In this document: in pieces, positions 29,104 to 39,004 of the stretch | How positions within the stretch are numbered: position 1 is the first letter of the stretch | How the letters are laid out: every line of letters begins with the position of its first letter | DNA from: Candidatus Iainarchaeum sp. | Lineage (GTDB): Archaea; Iainarchaeota; Iainarchaeia; Iainarchaeales; GCA-2688035 | Direction of reading: 5' to 3' | DNA length: 64,000 nucleotides | NCBI GenBank assembly: GCA_017610205.1 | Contig: JAFCCL010000008.1 | Span: 1 to 64,000, forward strand | Notes under the pieces: generated by a model | What the model saw: only the letters and a program-made list of their open reading frames with translations | The model's database searches: none | Told to the model about the DNA's origin: nothing | Position numbers and translations under genes: made by a program

Positions 29104-30099
29104 TCATCTTTTATGACCCCAGGCTTTTATTCTAAGTCTCATTGCTGCTCCAGGGCTTGCTTCCTGTTCTCTGATAGTTCTTCCGGTGTAGTGAATAAAC
29201 ACGTCATCAAGCGATGGTTTTCTCAAACTTACAGACTCTACTTTTATTCCCTGCTTGTTTACAATTGCAAGAATTTTTGGAATCTTTTCCTCGCCTTTTT
29301 CAACCCTAATATTTACTGTTCCGTTGTGCTTTACTGCTTCCTTCACCCATTCAAACTTTTCAAGCTGTTTTCTGCACTTTTCAGAATTCCTGCATTCAAT
29401 TGAAACAACGTCTCCACCAAGCTCGTTCTTCAACTGCCTTGGGCTTCCAGACGCAATTATTTTTCCCTGGTCTACTATTGCAATCTTGCCGCAGACGCTG
29501 TCAGCTTCATCCATGTAATGTGTTGTCAGAATAATTGTAATTCCCTTTTCTTTATTCAGTTTTTTGATATAATCCCAAATGCTTGCTCTGGTTTGCGGGT
29601 CTAATCCAATTGTTGGCTCGTCAAGGAAAAGAATTTTTGGATGATGCACCAAACCTCTTGCAATTTCAAGCCTTCGCTTCATTCCGCCTGAAAAAGTTTT
29701 TACTTCTTTGCCAAGCTGTTCTTTCAATCCAACAAGCTTTATCATTGCCTTAATTCTTTTTCCCCTTTCTGCTTTTGGCACACTGTACATTGCTGCATGC
29801 ATTTCAAGATTTTCTTTTGCAGTTAATTCGTCATCAAGACTTTGGTCCTGAAAAACAATTCCAATGCTTTTTCTGACATTTCCTGCCTCTTTTTCAACAT
29901 CAAAACCGTTTACTTTTGCGCTTCCACCAGAGGGCTTTCGCATTGTAACAAGCATTGAAATCAGTGTTGTTTTTCCTGCTCCGTTTGGCCCAAGCAATCC
30001 AAAAATAGTTCCCTTTTCAACAACAAGGCTTACTTTGTCAACAGCCTTTAATTCCTTGTAATTTTTGCTCAATTCCCTTGTTTCAATTGCTTTTGTCAT
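29104..30099 (-). CDS. ABC exporter ATPase (DrrA-like)
   Basis: GPNGAGKTT, FSGGMKRRLE, LDEPTIGLD, THYM. Confidence 0.94.
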   Translation of the reverse strand: MTKAIETRELSKNYKELKAVDKVSLVVEKGTIFGLLGPNGAGKTTLISMLVTMRKPSGGSAKVNGFDVEKEAGNVRKSIGIVFQDQSLDDELTAKENLEMHAAMYSVPKAERGKRIKAMIKLVGLKEQLGKEVKTFSGGMKRRLEIARGLVHHPKILFLDEPTIGLDPQTRASIWDYIKKLNKEKGITIILTTHYMDEADSVCGKIAIVDQGKIIASGSPRQLKNELGGDVVSIECRNSEKCRKQLEKFEWVKEAVKHNGTVNIRVEKGEEKIPKILAIVNKQGIKVESVSLRKPSLDDVFIHYTGRTIREQEASPGAAMRLRIKAWGHKR

Positions 30100-30175
30100 C
30101 ACAAAATAAACTATAATTGGCTTTAAAACCATTTCCAAAAACCAGGTTGTGTTTTCGAAAGGTTTAAATATAAGG

Positions 30176-30214
30176 TGTGATATATATCTAACATGGTGTT
30201 AAGTCATTCTAACA
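30176..30214. promoter_or_regulatory. Tandem operator TGTnA-N7-CTAACA x2 in divergent promoter
   Basis: TGTGATATATATCTAACA (30176) and TGTTAAGTCATTCTAACA (30197), 21 bp apart. Confidence 0.6.
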
Positions 30215-30249
30215 TTATATTTTTGTTTGAATAAAATAGAGGTGAATTT

Positions 30250-30594
30250 ATGAAGTGCACATTTTGGTATCTTGGTTTTCTTTCCCTGCTTAGCCTTTTA
30301 TTTTTTGCCGAGGACAAGGTTGGCTTTTTGGGTTTTCTTGGATTTATTTCGTTCTTTTCAGTGTATAAGATTAGTGACGAGATGCTGGAAGTAAACATTG
30401 GCAGGGCTTCAAGGAATGCTTTCCTTTTTGCAATGTTTTTTGGCTCTGCTTCCCTTGCTTACTTGTATCTGACAAATGGCTTGGAGTTTCTTCAAATAGC
30501 GTTTGTGCTATTGTTTGGCGGAACTCTGCTGGTTTGCCTGCTTTCCCTGTTTTATTACCAAAAGGTTGGGAAAGTGCATAGGACCAAAGATTAG
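30250..30594 (+). CDS. Small membrane protein (DUF3796-like)
   Basis: YLGFLSLL..GFLGFLGF..DEM...N..RA.RNAF. Confidence 0.75.
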   Translation: MKCTFWYLGFLSLLSLLFFAEDKVGFLGFLGFISFFSVYKISDEMLEVNIGRASRNAFLFAMFFGSASLAYLYLTNGLEFLQIAFVLLFGGTLLVCLLSLFYYQKVGKVHRTKD

Positions 30595-30720
30595 GTTTGG
30601 GAAAATTGTATGAAGTCAAAGATTAGGTTTGGGAAATTGCTTGAAGTCAAAGATTAGGTTTGGGAAATTGCTTGAAGTCAAAGATTAGGGCTGGAAAATT
30701 GCATGAAGTCAAAAATTAAG
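30585..30720 (+). repeat. 31-32-bp tandem repeat x4 of a gene junction
   Basis: caaagattaggtttgggaaattgcttgaagt units at 30585, 30617, 30648, 30679. Confidence 0.92.
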
Positions 30721-30897
30721 GAGTTGAGGGCAAGGTATAATTTGACTCAGGAAGATCTTGCCAAAAAAGTTGGCGTTCGAAGGGAAACAATTGTGTTTCT
30801 TGAAAAAGGAAAGTACAACCCTTCTCTGAGGCTTGCCAACGATGTTGCAAAGGTCTTGAAAACAAGTGTTGATGACTTGTTTGAATTTGAAGAATAA
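30703..30897 (+). CDS. XRE/Cro-C1 HTH regulator
   Basis: [34 protein letters not shown]. Confidence 0.92.
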   Translation: MKSKIKELRARYNLTQEDLAKKVGVRRETIVFLEKGKYNPSLRLANDVAKVLKTSVDDLFEFEE

Positions 30898-31010
30898 GCA
30901 AAAGATTAAATTCATTTAACTGCCTAAATATTTTAATCATTGCAAAAATCCTGAAAAAATCGCTTGCTGGAAGAGGCAAGTTCCCGGGAAAAGCAGACTA
31001 TCTAAAGAAA

Positions 31011-31307
31011 TTGATTGAAAAACTATCTTCCGGCAAAATAATGCCTGTAAAGTTTGCTTCACAAAGAAGGCTGATTAAACACCAAGCGTTTTTGAAAAAC
31101 CCAAACCTTAAGAGAAGGCCTGAGCATTTAAGAAGATTTCGGCTTAGGTATTTTGTTTTAAAGCTGCCAAACACTCTGGCAGAAAACAGCGCTGTTCAAA
31201 AAATTATTTCATCAAGGCACACTACTGACTACATTGCAGCAACGAGGTTTTCAACCAATGCCTTGCAAGTAACACCAGAAGAAGAAAGACAAGGAAAACA
31301 TCTTTGA
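31011..31307 (+). CDS. Hypothetical basic protein, possibly 5'-truncated
   Basis: Frame is open upstream without a clear start. Confidence 0.4.
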   Translation: MIEKLSSGKIMPVKFASQRRLIKHQAFLKNPNLKRRPEHLRRFRLRYFVLKLPNTLAENSAVQKIISSRHTTDYIAATRFSTNALQVTPEEERQGKHL

Positions 31308-31580
31308 ATGGCCAAAAAGAAAGGGAAGCGGTTGTTAATATTTTGAATAGAATGCTTCTTTTGAATATTTCTGGCAAGGCAAAGGTTCAAATGTTGAAAC
31401 AATTTCCTTTCACAGGCTGTCTGAATGCCTTCCAATTCTTGAATGGGCTGCCTTCCCAAACGAAAAGTTTTCTGAAAGTGTAATGGAAAAAGCGAGCAGG
31501 TGGTAAAAAAATAAAAGCTTTTGAGAAAAAGAAAAAATAAAAACCACCAAGGCAAAAAAGTATTTTTTTTTAAAAAAATA

Positions 31581-32111
31581 TCAGCCCATTATGAGTTCGT
31601 GTGAGTAATAGCTTTCTTCTGCGTATTCTGAAAGCATTTCAGCATGACCTTTTTCAAATTCTGCCAAGGCCTTGAAAAATTGTTTTGCACGCGCATCCTT
31701 TACTTTTTCTGCAATTCCTGTATAAAATTCCTGTGCCTGTTTTTCTTTCCACAATGCAAAAAGGACTGCTGTTAACTCCTCCAGGTCTTCTTTGTCCCAG
31801 TCTTTTTTTGCAAAAATTTTTGGTCTTTCCTTTCCTGAAAGCTCTGGTTTAATCCATTTTTCTTCCTTTTCCAAAGACTCTTTCAAAGAATTTATTGCTT
31901 CAAGGTGGGCTTTTTCCTGGTTTGCAAGAAACCTGAAAAACGCTTCCCTCTCAGTTCCAATTGCCTTTTCTGCCTGTGCAGAGTAGAACGAAATGCTTTC
32001 CTGTTCAATTCCTAATGCAATTCCAATTCCTTTTGCCGCTTCCAAACCACTCTCTGAGCCAATTTGTTCAAGTGCTTTTTCAAGCTCTTTGGAGCCAATT
32101 GCTTTTTCCAT
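31581..32111 (-). CDS. Ferritin/rubrerythrin-like protein
   Basis: Two E..FY..F..LA..EK.H repeats. Confidence 0.88.
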   Translation of the reverse strand: MEKAIGSKELEKALEQIGSESGLEAAKGIGIALGIEQESISFYSAQAEKAIGTEREAFFRFLANQEKAHLEAINSLKESLEKEEKWIKPELSGKERPKIFAKKDWDKEDLEELTAVLFALWKEKQAQEFYTGIAEKVKDARAKQFFKALAEFEKGHAEMLSEYAEESYYSHELIMG

Positions 32112-32251
32112 TATTTATTCTAAGTTCAACCATCTATTTTATTGTTCCTGCCATTTCTTTCCCTTTTTAAAGCTTTAGGGTACCCCATTATTGTATTCAC
32201 CTGCTGCAAAATAGCGGGTGTTTTAATCAAAAAAAAGGTGAAAAAATTCAA

Positions 32252-32422
32252 ATGAGTGACGATAAATTTGGCAGAGAAATGCATAAGGTAAATTGTTCAG
32301 ATTGCGGAAAAGAAACAGAAGTTCCTTTCAAGCCTGATGGAGACAGACCTGTATACTGCCGAGACTGCTATCAAAAGCACAAAAAGCCTTCTTTCAATAG
32401 AGGCGGAAGAGACCGATACTGA
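32252..32422 (+). CDS. CxxC-x17-CxxC zinc-binding protein (56 aa)
   Basis: REMHKVNCSDCGKETEVPFKPDGDRPVYCRDCY; GGTG SD; below ORF-track cutoff. Confidence 0.92.
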   Translation: MSDDKFGREMHKVNCSDCGKETEVPFKPDGDRPVYCRDCYQKHKKPSFNRGGRDRY

Positions 32423-32554
32423 TTTTTAAAAAAATCAATTTCAAAAAATTCTTCAAATTTGTTTCTAATTCTTTTTTTTTTAATTTTACAACAGCCGCAG
32501 GCACTGCCTTTTGAAAAAAAGGGTTTTAAAGGATTAAAGCTGTAAATTGTTTTT

Positions 32555-33058
32555 ATGGTTAAGGTGGAAGAACCTGAAAAGAAGAATTCGTTTGTTGTTG
32601 CTGTTGTTTCTTTATTTTTTGTCGGCATTGGCTTTGCTTACTTGGGGCATTATAAGCGGTTTGCTTCAGGTCTTTTAAGCGCTTTTATTATTGTGTTTTT
32701 AACTTTTACATTTGTTCGAAGCTTTGGAATTTTTTTTGATGCACTGGTTGGAAGATTTTTTATTTTCATTATAGTGTTTTCATTTTGGGCGTATATTGCT
32801 TATTTAACAAAAGAACTTTGTGACCTGGAGAATTCAGGAAAGCCTGCTGAGGACACTTTCGAGTTTTGGGTGTTAAAAAAATCAAAAGCTGAAAAAATCA
32901 AGGAAGGGGAGCAGGAAACCACTAAAAAAGGCCCTAGCTTTCTTGCACTAATAGTCAGTACTTTAATTGCGGTGCTTGTTTTGTTTCTTGCCGGGCCAGT
33001 TGCAGCCTTGTTTTCATTTGCAATAATGCTTGCTTTAACTTACTGGGGCTCAATCTAA
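32555..33058 (+). CDS. Membrane protein
   Basis: KKN..VA.V.SLFF.G.G..YLG; several TM helices. Confidence 0.75.
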   Translation: MVKVEEPEKKNSFVVAVVSLFFVGIGFAYLGHYKRFASGLLSAFIIVFLTFTFVRSFGIFFDALVGRFFIFIIVFSFWAYIAYLTKELCDLENSGKPAEDTFEFWVLKKSKAEKIKEGEQETTKKGPSFLALIVSTLIAVLVLFLAGPVAALFSFAIMLALTYWGSI

Positions 33059-33085
33059 TTCTAATAGTTTTTTTCCCCAAGTTTT

Positions 33086-33280
33086 TCATTTCTGTTGTAT
33101 TGACACCCACTTTTTGCCATCCCATTTGTGACTTGCACCGACTACTCCATGTCCCTTGGCTCCGCGGGCAGTTCCTAAAATAATGGTGTGGTGTGGCCCC
33201 TCTCCAACATATCCCATCGCGCGGCTGTGTGGAAGCTGCACTCTTTCGCCTGGCCTTGGTCGCCTATGTATAGTGGGCAT
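33086..33280 (-). CDS. Small hypothetical protein
   Basis: 64-aa ORF, higher GC than flanks. Confidence 0.5.
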   Translation of the reverse strand: MPTIHRRPRPGERVQLPHSRAMGYVGEGPHHTIILGTARGAKGHGVVGASHKWDGKKWVSIQQK

Positions 33281-33351
33281 ATCAGAAACATCAACAGCTT
33301 AGCAGTATTTATTAGTTTGTTTGTTTTCCCTTGGAATCGTTTTCTGTTTTT

Positions 33352-33900
33352 TTAGCAGTGTGCGAATTTGAATTCGGCAGGCTTTCTAAAGCCCCTTTTT
33401 AGCAGAATGTCTCTTTCTTTTAGAAGACAGCTTCTGTTGTGGGCTATTGCCTTGTTTAGTTTTCCGTTTTCCCATGCCTGCATGCAAAGCAGGCCGTTGT
33501 CGTTGAAGGGGTCGCCGTACTGCGGAATGCTGAGCTGTTTGACTGCTGTTTTTTTTGCCTCGAATTTTTCTTTGTTTAACTCTCTTTCAAACAAAAACCT
33601 TTCCTTTAGGTTGTGAAACAAAACTCCCATTTCGAAATCGCAGTTGAATGCATGAAATGGCTTTGTTAAATTGCTTAATACTGTGGAAAGCCTTTTCTTT
33701 AATTTTGTTAAGTCTCTGGTGTTTTGGGCTGTAAGAATTCTTAGCTCTTGTCTGTTAATGTATCCAAAAATTACCGGTTCAATACTGGAGTACTGCCTTG
33801 AATCGCTGAAACCTTTGGAAAAGCCTCCAATTGTTTCAATGTCAATAATTGTCCCGTCAAAACCAAACTCGTTTTTTTCACAATGCTCCAAAATCATTCT
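33352..33900 (-). CDS. RNase H-like (DEDD/YprB-type) exonuclease-domain protein
   Basis: IIDIETIG, HAFNCDFE, HN..CLLKE; start uncertain. Confidence 0.7.
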   Translation of the reverse strand, partial: RMILEHCEKNEFGFDGTIIDIETIGGFSKGFSDSRQYSSIEPVIFGYINRQELRILTAQNTRDLTKLKKRLSTVLSNLTKPFHAFNCDFEMGVLFHNLKERFLFERELNKEKFEAKKTAVKQLSIPQYGDPFNDNGLLCMQAWENGKLNKAIAHNRSCLLKERDILLKRGFRKPAEFKFAHC

Positions 33901-34000
33901 GCAACCACTATTAACCAAAAGAGTCAAGGGGTTTAAAAACAATTTTGTGAGCAGGTTTCCGGTGAAAACTTATTTGTTTAAATAACTCTTTTTACACTAA

Positions 34001-34357
34001 TTGTCTGCAATGCTTTCTAAAAAAAGAAGATCTGTAAGAAAAGCTACTGTTTTGGCTCGGTATGAACTGCTAAAAAAAAGGAAGGAAAAGAAACTCAGAA
34101 GCCAGATAAAGGAATTAAAGTCAAAAATTGTTCAAAATGAAATAATAAGAGACCTGCTCTCAAAAACAAGCGACTTGTTTAAAGAAGGTCAAATAGATCC
34201 AGTACTAGTGAAAGACCCTGCAATCAACGAAAGGATAAAATATTCCAAAAGAAAATTGCAGAAACTGGTCTTGGACAAAGGCGCACAACAAGCAAGGCAG
34301 GAAACTGCCCTCAAAAGAAAACAAAGGCAATTGGAAGTGCTTAAGAAGAAAAAGTGA
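34001..34357 (+). CDS. Basic coiled-coil hypothetical protein
   Basis: ORF only. Confidence 0.55.
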   Translation: MSAMLSKKRRSVRKATVLARYELLKKRKEKKLRSQIKELKSKIVQNEIIRDLLSKTSDLFKEGQIDPVLVKDPAINERIKYSKRKLQKLVLDKGAQQARQETALKRKQRQLEVLKKKK

Positions 34358-34734
34358 TTATTTCTTGTAGACAAACAAATGAGTCTGCGTTTTTTTTTTT
34401 ACTTCAAAACCGTTTTGTTCGGCTGCCTTTTCAATAATTGACTCCTGCCGTTGTCTTCGTTTTCTTGACCTCTTACTTTTTACTTCAAAATGCTGTTGTT
34501 TTAGGGCAAACCTGAAAGAAATTGCTTTTTTTCAGTTCCTTCCCTCGCACTTATCAGGTCTGTGAATACCGTGTAAATTATTTTATGATTTTCTTGGCGG
34601 TAATATGACAACATATGCTGAGTAAAAGAAGAAAGCGCCTTAAAAGTCCTTTTCGCATGGTTCTTTTTCAATAACCTAAAAAACTGTTTTTTTGGCGACA
34701 AGATTAAATTCTTTGAAACCCTTAATTACTTTGC

Positions 34735-35076
34735 ATGGTTCAAAGACCTACTGTGAAAAAGCCAAATTTAAGTCGCTTTACCTGCGAAGTACGGCCTTGT
34801 AGTATTGTTAAGCCGACTTTCATAACTATCAATCCAGAGGGAAGGCTTTTTATTCACAAACCTAATGGGGCGCCTTACACTGTAGAACTTGGAAAACACA
34901 AAGGAAAAAATGTTGCAGTTTACAACTTTCGCAAAGGGGTCACAATTGTAAATCCTGAGAACAGCAAAGTGCTTGATTTTATTCCATACGCAAAAATTCC
35001 TACTCCTCCCAGTACAGTAAATCCCTGGACTTATGCTAATCTCAAAAAGCAAAAACAACACGAAAAAACGCGTTAA
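34735..35076 (+). CDS. Hypothetical protein
   Basis: ORF with TTAATTA box upstream. Confidence 0.55.
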   Translation: MVQRPTVKKPNLSRFTCEVRPCSIVKPTFITINPEGRLFIHKPNGAPYTVELGKHKGKNVAVYNFRKGVTIVNPENSKVLDFIPYAKIPTPPSTVNPWTYANLKKQKQHEKTR

Positions 35077-35103
35077 AAAAAGGCATTTAAAGTAAATGTC
35101 CAC

Positions 35104-35142
35104 TCAAGAAAACTAACATCAAGAGCAGCAGGGAATGAATGG
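35104..35142 (+). repeat. 39-bp direct repeat, copy 1
   Basis: tcaagaaaactaacatcaagagcagcagggaatgaatgg; 36/39 identical to 40286-40324. Confidence 0.85.
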
Positions 35143-35256
35143 TGTGGGATTGGAGGACAGGAGGGAGAATCTGATTGAAGAATAAGTAAAAAGGTTTTCT
35201 TGGGAAGATTCCTGAAAAAGGAAAGGAATAAAGAGATTTTCAGGGTGAAAATCATA

Positions 35257-37908
35257 ATGGATTTAGATAATGAAAAACAACAGATTATCGATTGTGAGGG
35301 CAATGTTCTTGTTACAGCCAATCCTGGTACTGGAAAGACCTTTTTGCTGGCCTGCAAGTATGTTGATTTGATTCAAAAGGGTCTGAAGTCTGAGGAAATC
35401 CTTTGTCTGACTTTTACCAACAAAGCAAAGTCTGAGATGGAGGGAGGTATTATTGAAATGCTAAAAAAGGAAGGCATTGAAATTGATTTAGCAAAATTGA
35501 ACGTTTTTACCTTTCATTCCTATGCTTTGGATGCTATTGGAGAACAAGGAATTATTTCGGCAAACCTTTTGCGTTACTCTATTTATCGTTATTTGAAGGG
35601 AAACAAGGTTCTCAATTATGGAGATGAATACTTGCTGAGTACCATCGTCCCAAAAATGGACAATTTATTACGGTACCTTAAAAACTTTGGAATTCTTCCA
35701 GAAAAAATTGATGTTGCTGCTTCAAAAGTATTTTTGGAGGACGGCAAAAAATTCAACAAAGAAGATCTTGAAGCTTTTCTGGAAGAATTTGTTAAAATCT
35801 TTCAAGATTATGAAAAAAAGAAAAAAGACCGTGGTTTAGACTATGCTGATCTTTTAATAGAGTTTTTGAACCTTCACAAAATTGAAAAATTCAAATACAC
35901 TCTTGTAGATGAACTACAGGACGTGAATACAATTGAAGCAGACCTTGTTTTGAATTCCACTGAAAAATTTATGGTTGTAGGGGACCAAAAACAAGCAATT
36001 TTTGGATTCCAAGGAGGTTCAATATTAAACTTTGAAAAATTTAAGAACTCAGAAAAGTTTGTTCTTTCAGCTAATAGGAGAAGTACTGATCAAATTCTTG
36101 ATTTTGCAAAAGAATTCTTTTCTTCAAAAACATCCAACGACAAATACAAGGAAGTACTTTCAAACCTTCACAGTTTTGAAAACAAAAAGGGTTCAAAGCC
36201 CAAAATAGTTGAAGTAAAAGAAAATCTTCAGGCGGAAACAGCTGCTTTGGTAAAAGAACTAATGAAAACAGAAACAAAAATAGCAGTAATTGCAAGAACA
36301 AACTCTCAAATAATGGCCCTTTCAAAAGAATTCACAAATCAGGGAATAGAGCATTCCTCAACACACTTTTCTGCCTCAATTGAAGCAAAACAAAACATTA
36401 TCTCTTTTATGAGAGGAATATTTACTTCACAAGTAGAGTATGTCAAAAACTCAATGTTTACTCCCTTCTTTCCAATTCCCTTACACACTGCTTTTGAACT
36501 AGCAGGCAAGAGAAAGCTTTCAATTGAAGACATTCTTGAAAAAGCACCGGAATTCAAAAAACTCCGCGAAAGCGTTTCAGGAACAGAAGAAATACATCTT
36601 CTATTTAAAGAAAAAATCATTCCACTATCAATAACTTACGGCAAAGAATACCTTTTTGCCGCACTAAGTTTACAAGACGCCTGCTCTGAAGCACTGCGAC
36701 TGCTTGAAGAAAAAACACTTGAAGCATTTTCAGCATACCTTGAATCATCCGATCTTTTAGCACAAGAATCAGATACAGAACAAAAAGTTGTGTTAACCTC
36801 AATTCACAAATCAAAAGGAAAACAATTTGATACGGTTGTATACGTTCCAAAAAAGACAAAAAATACCTCCAGCTTTCAGGATACCGTAGTTGAAGCAATC
36901 CTCAAATCACACGGAATCAACGCGGTGGAAGAACTTGAAGAGGAAAGTCTGAGAGCAGACTTTGTTGCCATAACTCGTGCAAAAAAACAACTCTTTGTTT
37001 TAACTGACAAGCTCTCAAATTACCTTAATACTTTTGCTGAAACAGTAGAGCCCTCCAAAACACCCTCTGCCGCACAAGAATTTGACGAAGTAGAAAAACG
37101 TGCCTACAACCTTTTCCTAAACCACGAATATGACAAAGCAAAGGAATTGCTTGAAGAACACAAACCATGGCTAAAAGACTTTGTAAAAAAACATTTTGAA
37201 GGTCTTGATAGGGTTTCCTTTTCTGCCTTAAAAGATTCTCCTTACAATTATTTTCATGACCGAATTCTAAACATTCAAAAGCCTTCTCCTGCTCTAAACA
37301 TTGGAAGTAAAGTGCACAACATTGCTGAAAAAATGCTTAAAGGAGCCGAGTTTCAGGTTTCACCTGAAGTAAAGCCCTTTGTTGATAATGTTCAAACAGT
37401 GATTGCGGACATCCAAAAAAATTATCCTGATGTTGTTGATGCTGAGCTCAAAATAGATTTGCCTCTTTCCAAAATAATTGAAACAGATGACGACATTCGC
37501 TTCAGGGGAGTAATTGACGGTATCTTCAAAAAAGGAGATTCTTTTCTTTTAGTGGATTGGAAAACAGACATTGACACAAACAGGGCTTCAGAACACAGGC
37601 AGCAGCTTGCAGTTTACCAAAAAGTCTTTTCTCTCTCCAAAAACATTCCTCTTGCAAACATCAAGGTCGCAATAGGGTTTGTCGGAATCCGTAACAGAAT
37701 CAACGACGGCGCAATCAACCCAGAACTGGACACAAGACAGCCAGGTCCAACATCATTCAACACAATCTCAAAAAAACTCCAAAAATTCTTGGAATGGAAA
37801 AACAACACAGAAACATTCTTTGAAGAACTAAAAGAACAAAAAGTAGACAATGTGCTGTGGAGGAGTTTGGTGGAGGAATATGGAAGAGAAGGAGACGAAA
37901 GGGGTTAG
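35257..37908 (+). CDS. UvrD/REP SF1 helicase fused to PD-(D/E)XK nuclease (AddA/AdnB-like)
   Basis: ANPGTGKT, LTFTNKA, VDELQD, VGDQKQAIFGFQG, NRRS, SIHKSKGKQF, VAITRAK; GVID..VDWKT..QLAVY. Confidence 0.92.
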   Translation: MDLDNEKQQIIDCEGNVLVTANPGTGKTFLLACKYVDLIQKGLKSEEILCLTFTNKAKSEMEGGIIEMLKKEGIEIDLAKLNVFTFHSYALDAIGEQGIISANLLRYSIYRYLKGNKVLNYGDEYLLSTIVPKMDNLLRYLKNFGILPEKIDVAASKVFLEDGKKFNKEDLEAFLEEFVKIFQDYEKKKKDRGLDYADLLIEFLNLHKIEKFKYTLVDELQDVNTIEADLVLNSTEKFMVVGDQKQAIFGFQGGSILNFEKFKNSEKFVLSANRRSTDQILDFAKEFFSSKTSNDKYKEVLSNLHSFENKKGSKPKIVEVKENLQAETAALVKELMKTETKIAVIARTNSQIMALSKEFTNQGIEHSSTHFSASIEAKQNIISFMRGIFTSQVEYVKNSMFTPFFPIPLHTAFELAGKRKLSIEDILEKAPEFKKLRESVSGTEEIHLLFKEKIIPLSITYGKEYLFAALSLQDACSEALRLLEEKTLEAFSAYLESSDLLAQESDTEQKVVLTSIHKSKGKQFDTVVYVPKKTKNTSSFQDTVVEAILKSHGINAVEELEEESLRADFVAITRAKKQLFVLTDKLSNYLNTFAETVEPSKTPSAAQEFDEVEKRAYNLFLNHEYDKAKELLEEHKPWLKDFVKKHFEGLDRVSFSALKDSPYNYFHDRILNIQKPSPALNIGSKVHNIAEKMLKGAEFQVSPEVKPFVDNVQTVIADIQKNYPDVVDAELKIDLPLSKIIETDDDIRFRGVIDGIFKKGDSFLLVDWKTDIDTNRASEHRQQLAVYQKVFSLSKNIPLANIKVAIGFVGIRNRINDGAINPELDTRQPGPTSFNTISKKLQKFLEWKNNTETFFEELKEQKVDNVLWRSLVEEYGREGDERG

Positions 37909-37976
37909 ATCGGTGATAGCTTTTGTGTAAGTACTCGGTTCTGTGTAAGTATTCGCAAGGTTGTGTCAATTTAATG

Positions 37977-38867
37977 CTAGGTTTTTATTTTTTTGGGGTA
38001 AGGTTTTAACCAAGAATACAATTTGAATTCAGAACTCTGTGACCCCCAAGGTTTACACAAACTTTTCTCTAAAATAATCTTTTTACCTCTTGATTTAACA
38101 TATTGAATAATTTTCGGAAGTTTTTCTTTCTGCAATTCAATAATTGTTCCATTCATTAGATTAGTAAATACTGCTGGAATATCATTAACCAAGAATTGTC
38201 CTTCGCCAAAGTGTCCACGAATTATCAATTTTGGCTTTATCAAACTTACTCTAGGTAAGTTTTTCTGCTCACAATGAGTTATAACAACATCAACTTTACT
38301 TTGAAATAAGTCTATAAAAGAATTAATTGTTCGAAGATAATGACTCTCTTTAAATCCAAGTCCTAAAAAAGTAGTGCCAGCTATATTAGTAATTTTTCCA
38401 GAAATTTCTTCGCAGTTTGCAATTTCATTTATTTTTCTAACAATATAATCTCCTTCAAAATCACTGTCGTGATCTCCCTTAACTACTAGAACTTTTGATT
38501 TTTTTCCCGCGTATTTCAAAAAATCATAAAATTTGTCAACATGCATTCTTTTCCGATTCTCTAAGAACGCGTTGGTATGTTCATATTTTTTAATTAGACC
38601 TTGTACAGAATCTAAGAAATCACTCATTATACTATTCCTACTTCCGCTATATGTGCCATTCGCCGCTTGGGTAATGTTCATTTTCTTCATTAGAGTTTTT
38701 TTTTCTTTCTGAAATTCAGGTATTTCTATAACTGCTTTCTTCCAAAAAGATGCAAATCCATCTGAAGTTAAATCGCCAGCTAAAGCAACAACATCTGGTT
38801 TAATTTCATCTAGCAAATCTTTTTGTTTATCCCATTCTACAACATCTGAAAATACGAGAATCTTCAT
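37977..38867 (-). CDS. Calcineurin-like metallophosphoesterase
   Basis: FSDV, AGDL, KGDHD, ITH, RGHF. Confidence 0.8.
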   Translation of the reverse strand: MKILVFSDVVEWDKQKDLLDEIKPDVVALAGDLTSDGFASFWKKAVIEIPEFQKEKKTLMKKMNITQAANGTYSGSRNSIMSDFLDSVQGLIKKYEHTNAFLENRKRMHVDKFYDFLKYAGKKSKVLVVKGDHDSDFEGDYIVRKINEIANCEEISGKITNIAGTTFLGLGFKESHYLRTINSFIDLFQSKVDVVITHCEQKNLPRVSLIKPKLIIRGHFGEGQFLVNDIPAVFTNLMNGTIIELQKEKLPKIIQYVKSRGKKIILEKSLCKPWGSQSSEFKLYSWLKPYPKKIKT

Positions 38868-39004
38868 AGGATATATCTTTCCAAACAGGCTGTTTACAAT
38901 TTTGCATTTTTTTCGTATTAATTATTATTAGCTCTTTCTTGGCTTTGATATAAAACAATATTAAATGAAAAGACTGTAAAAAGCTTTTGGAGATAAAATT
39001 TATT

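Noticed and set aside
30585-30720. CRISPR array
   Set aside because: Units are contiguous with no spacers and derive from a gene junction
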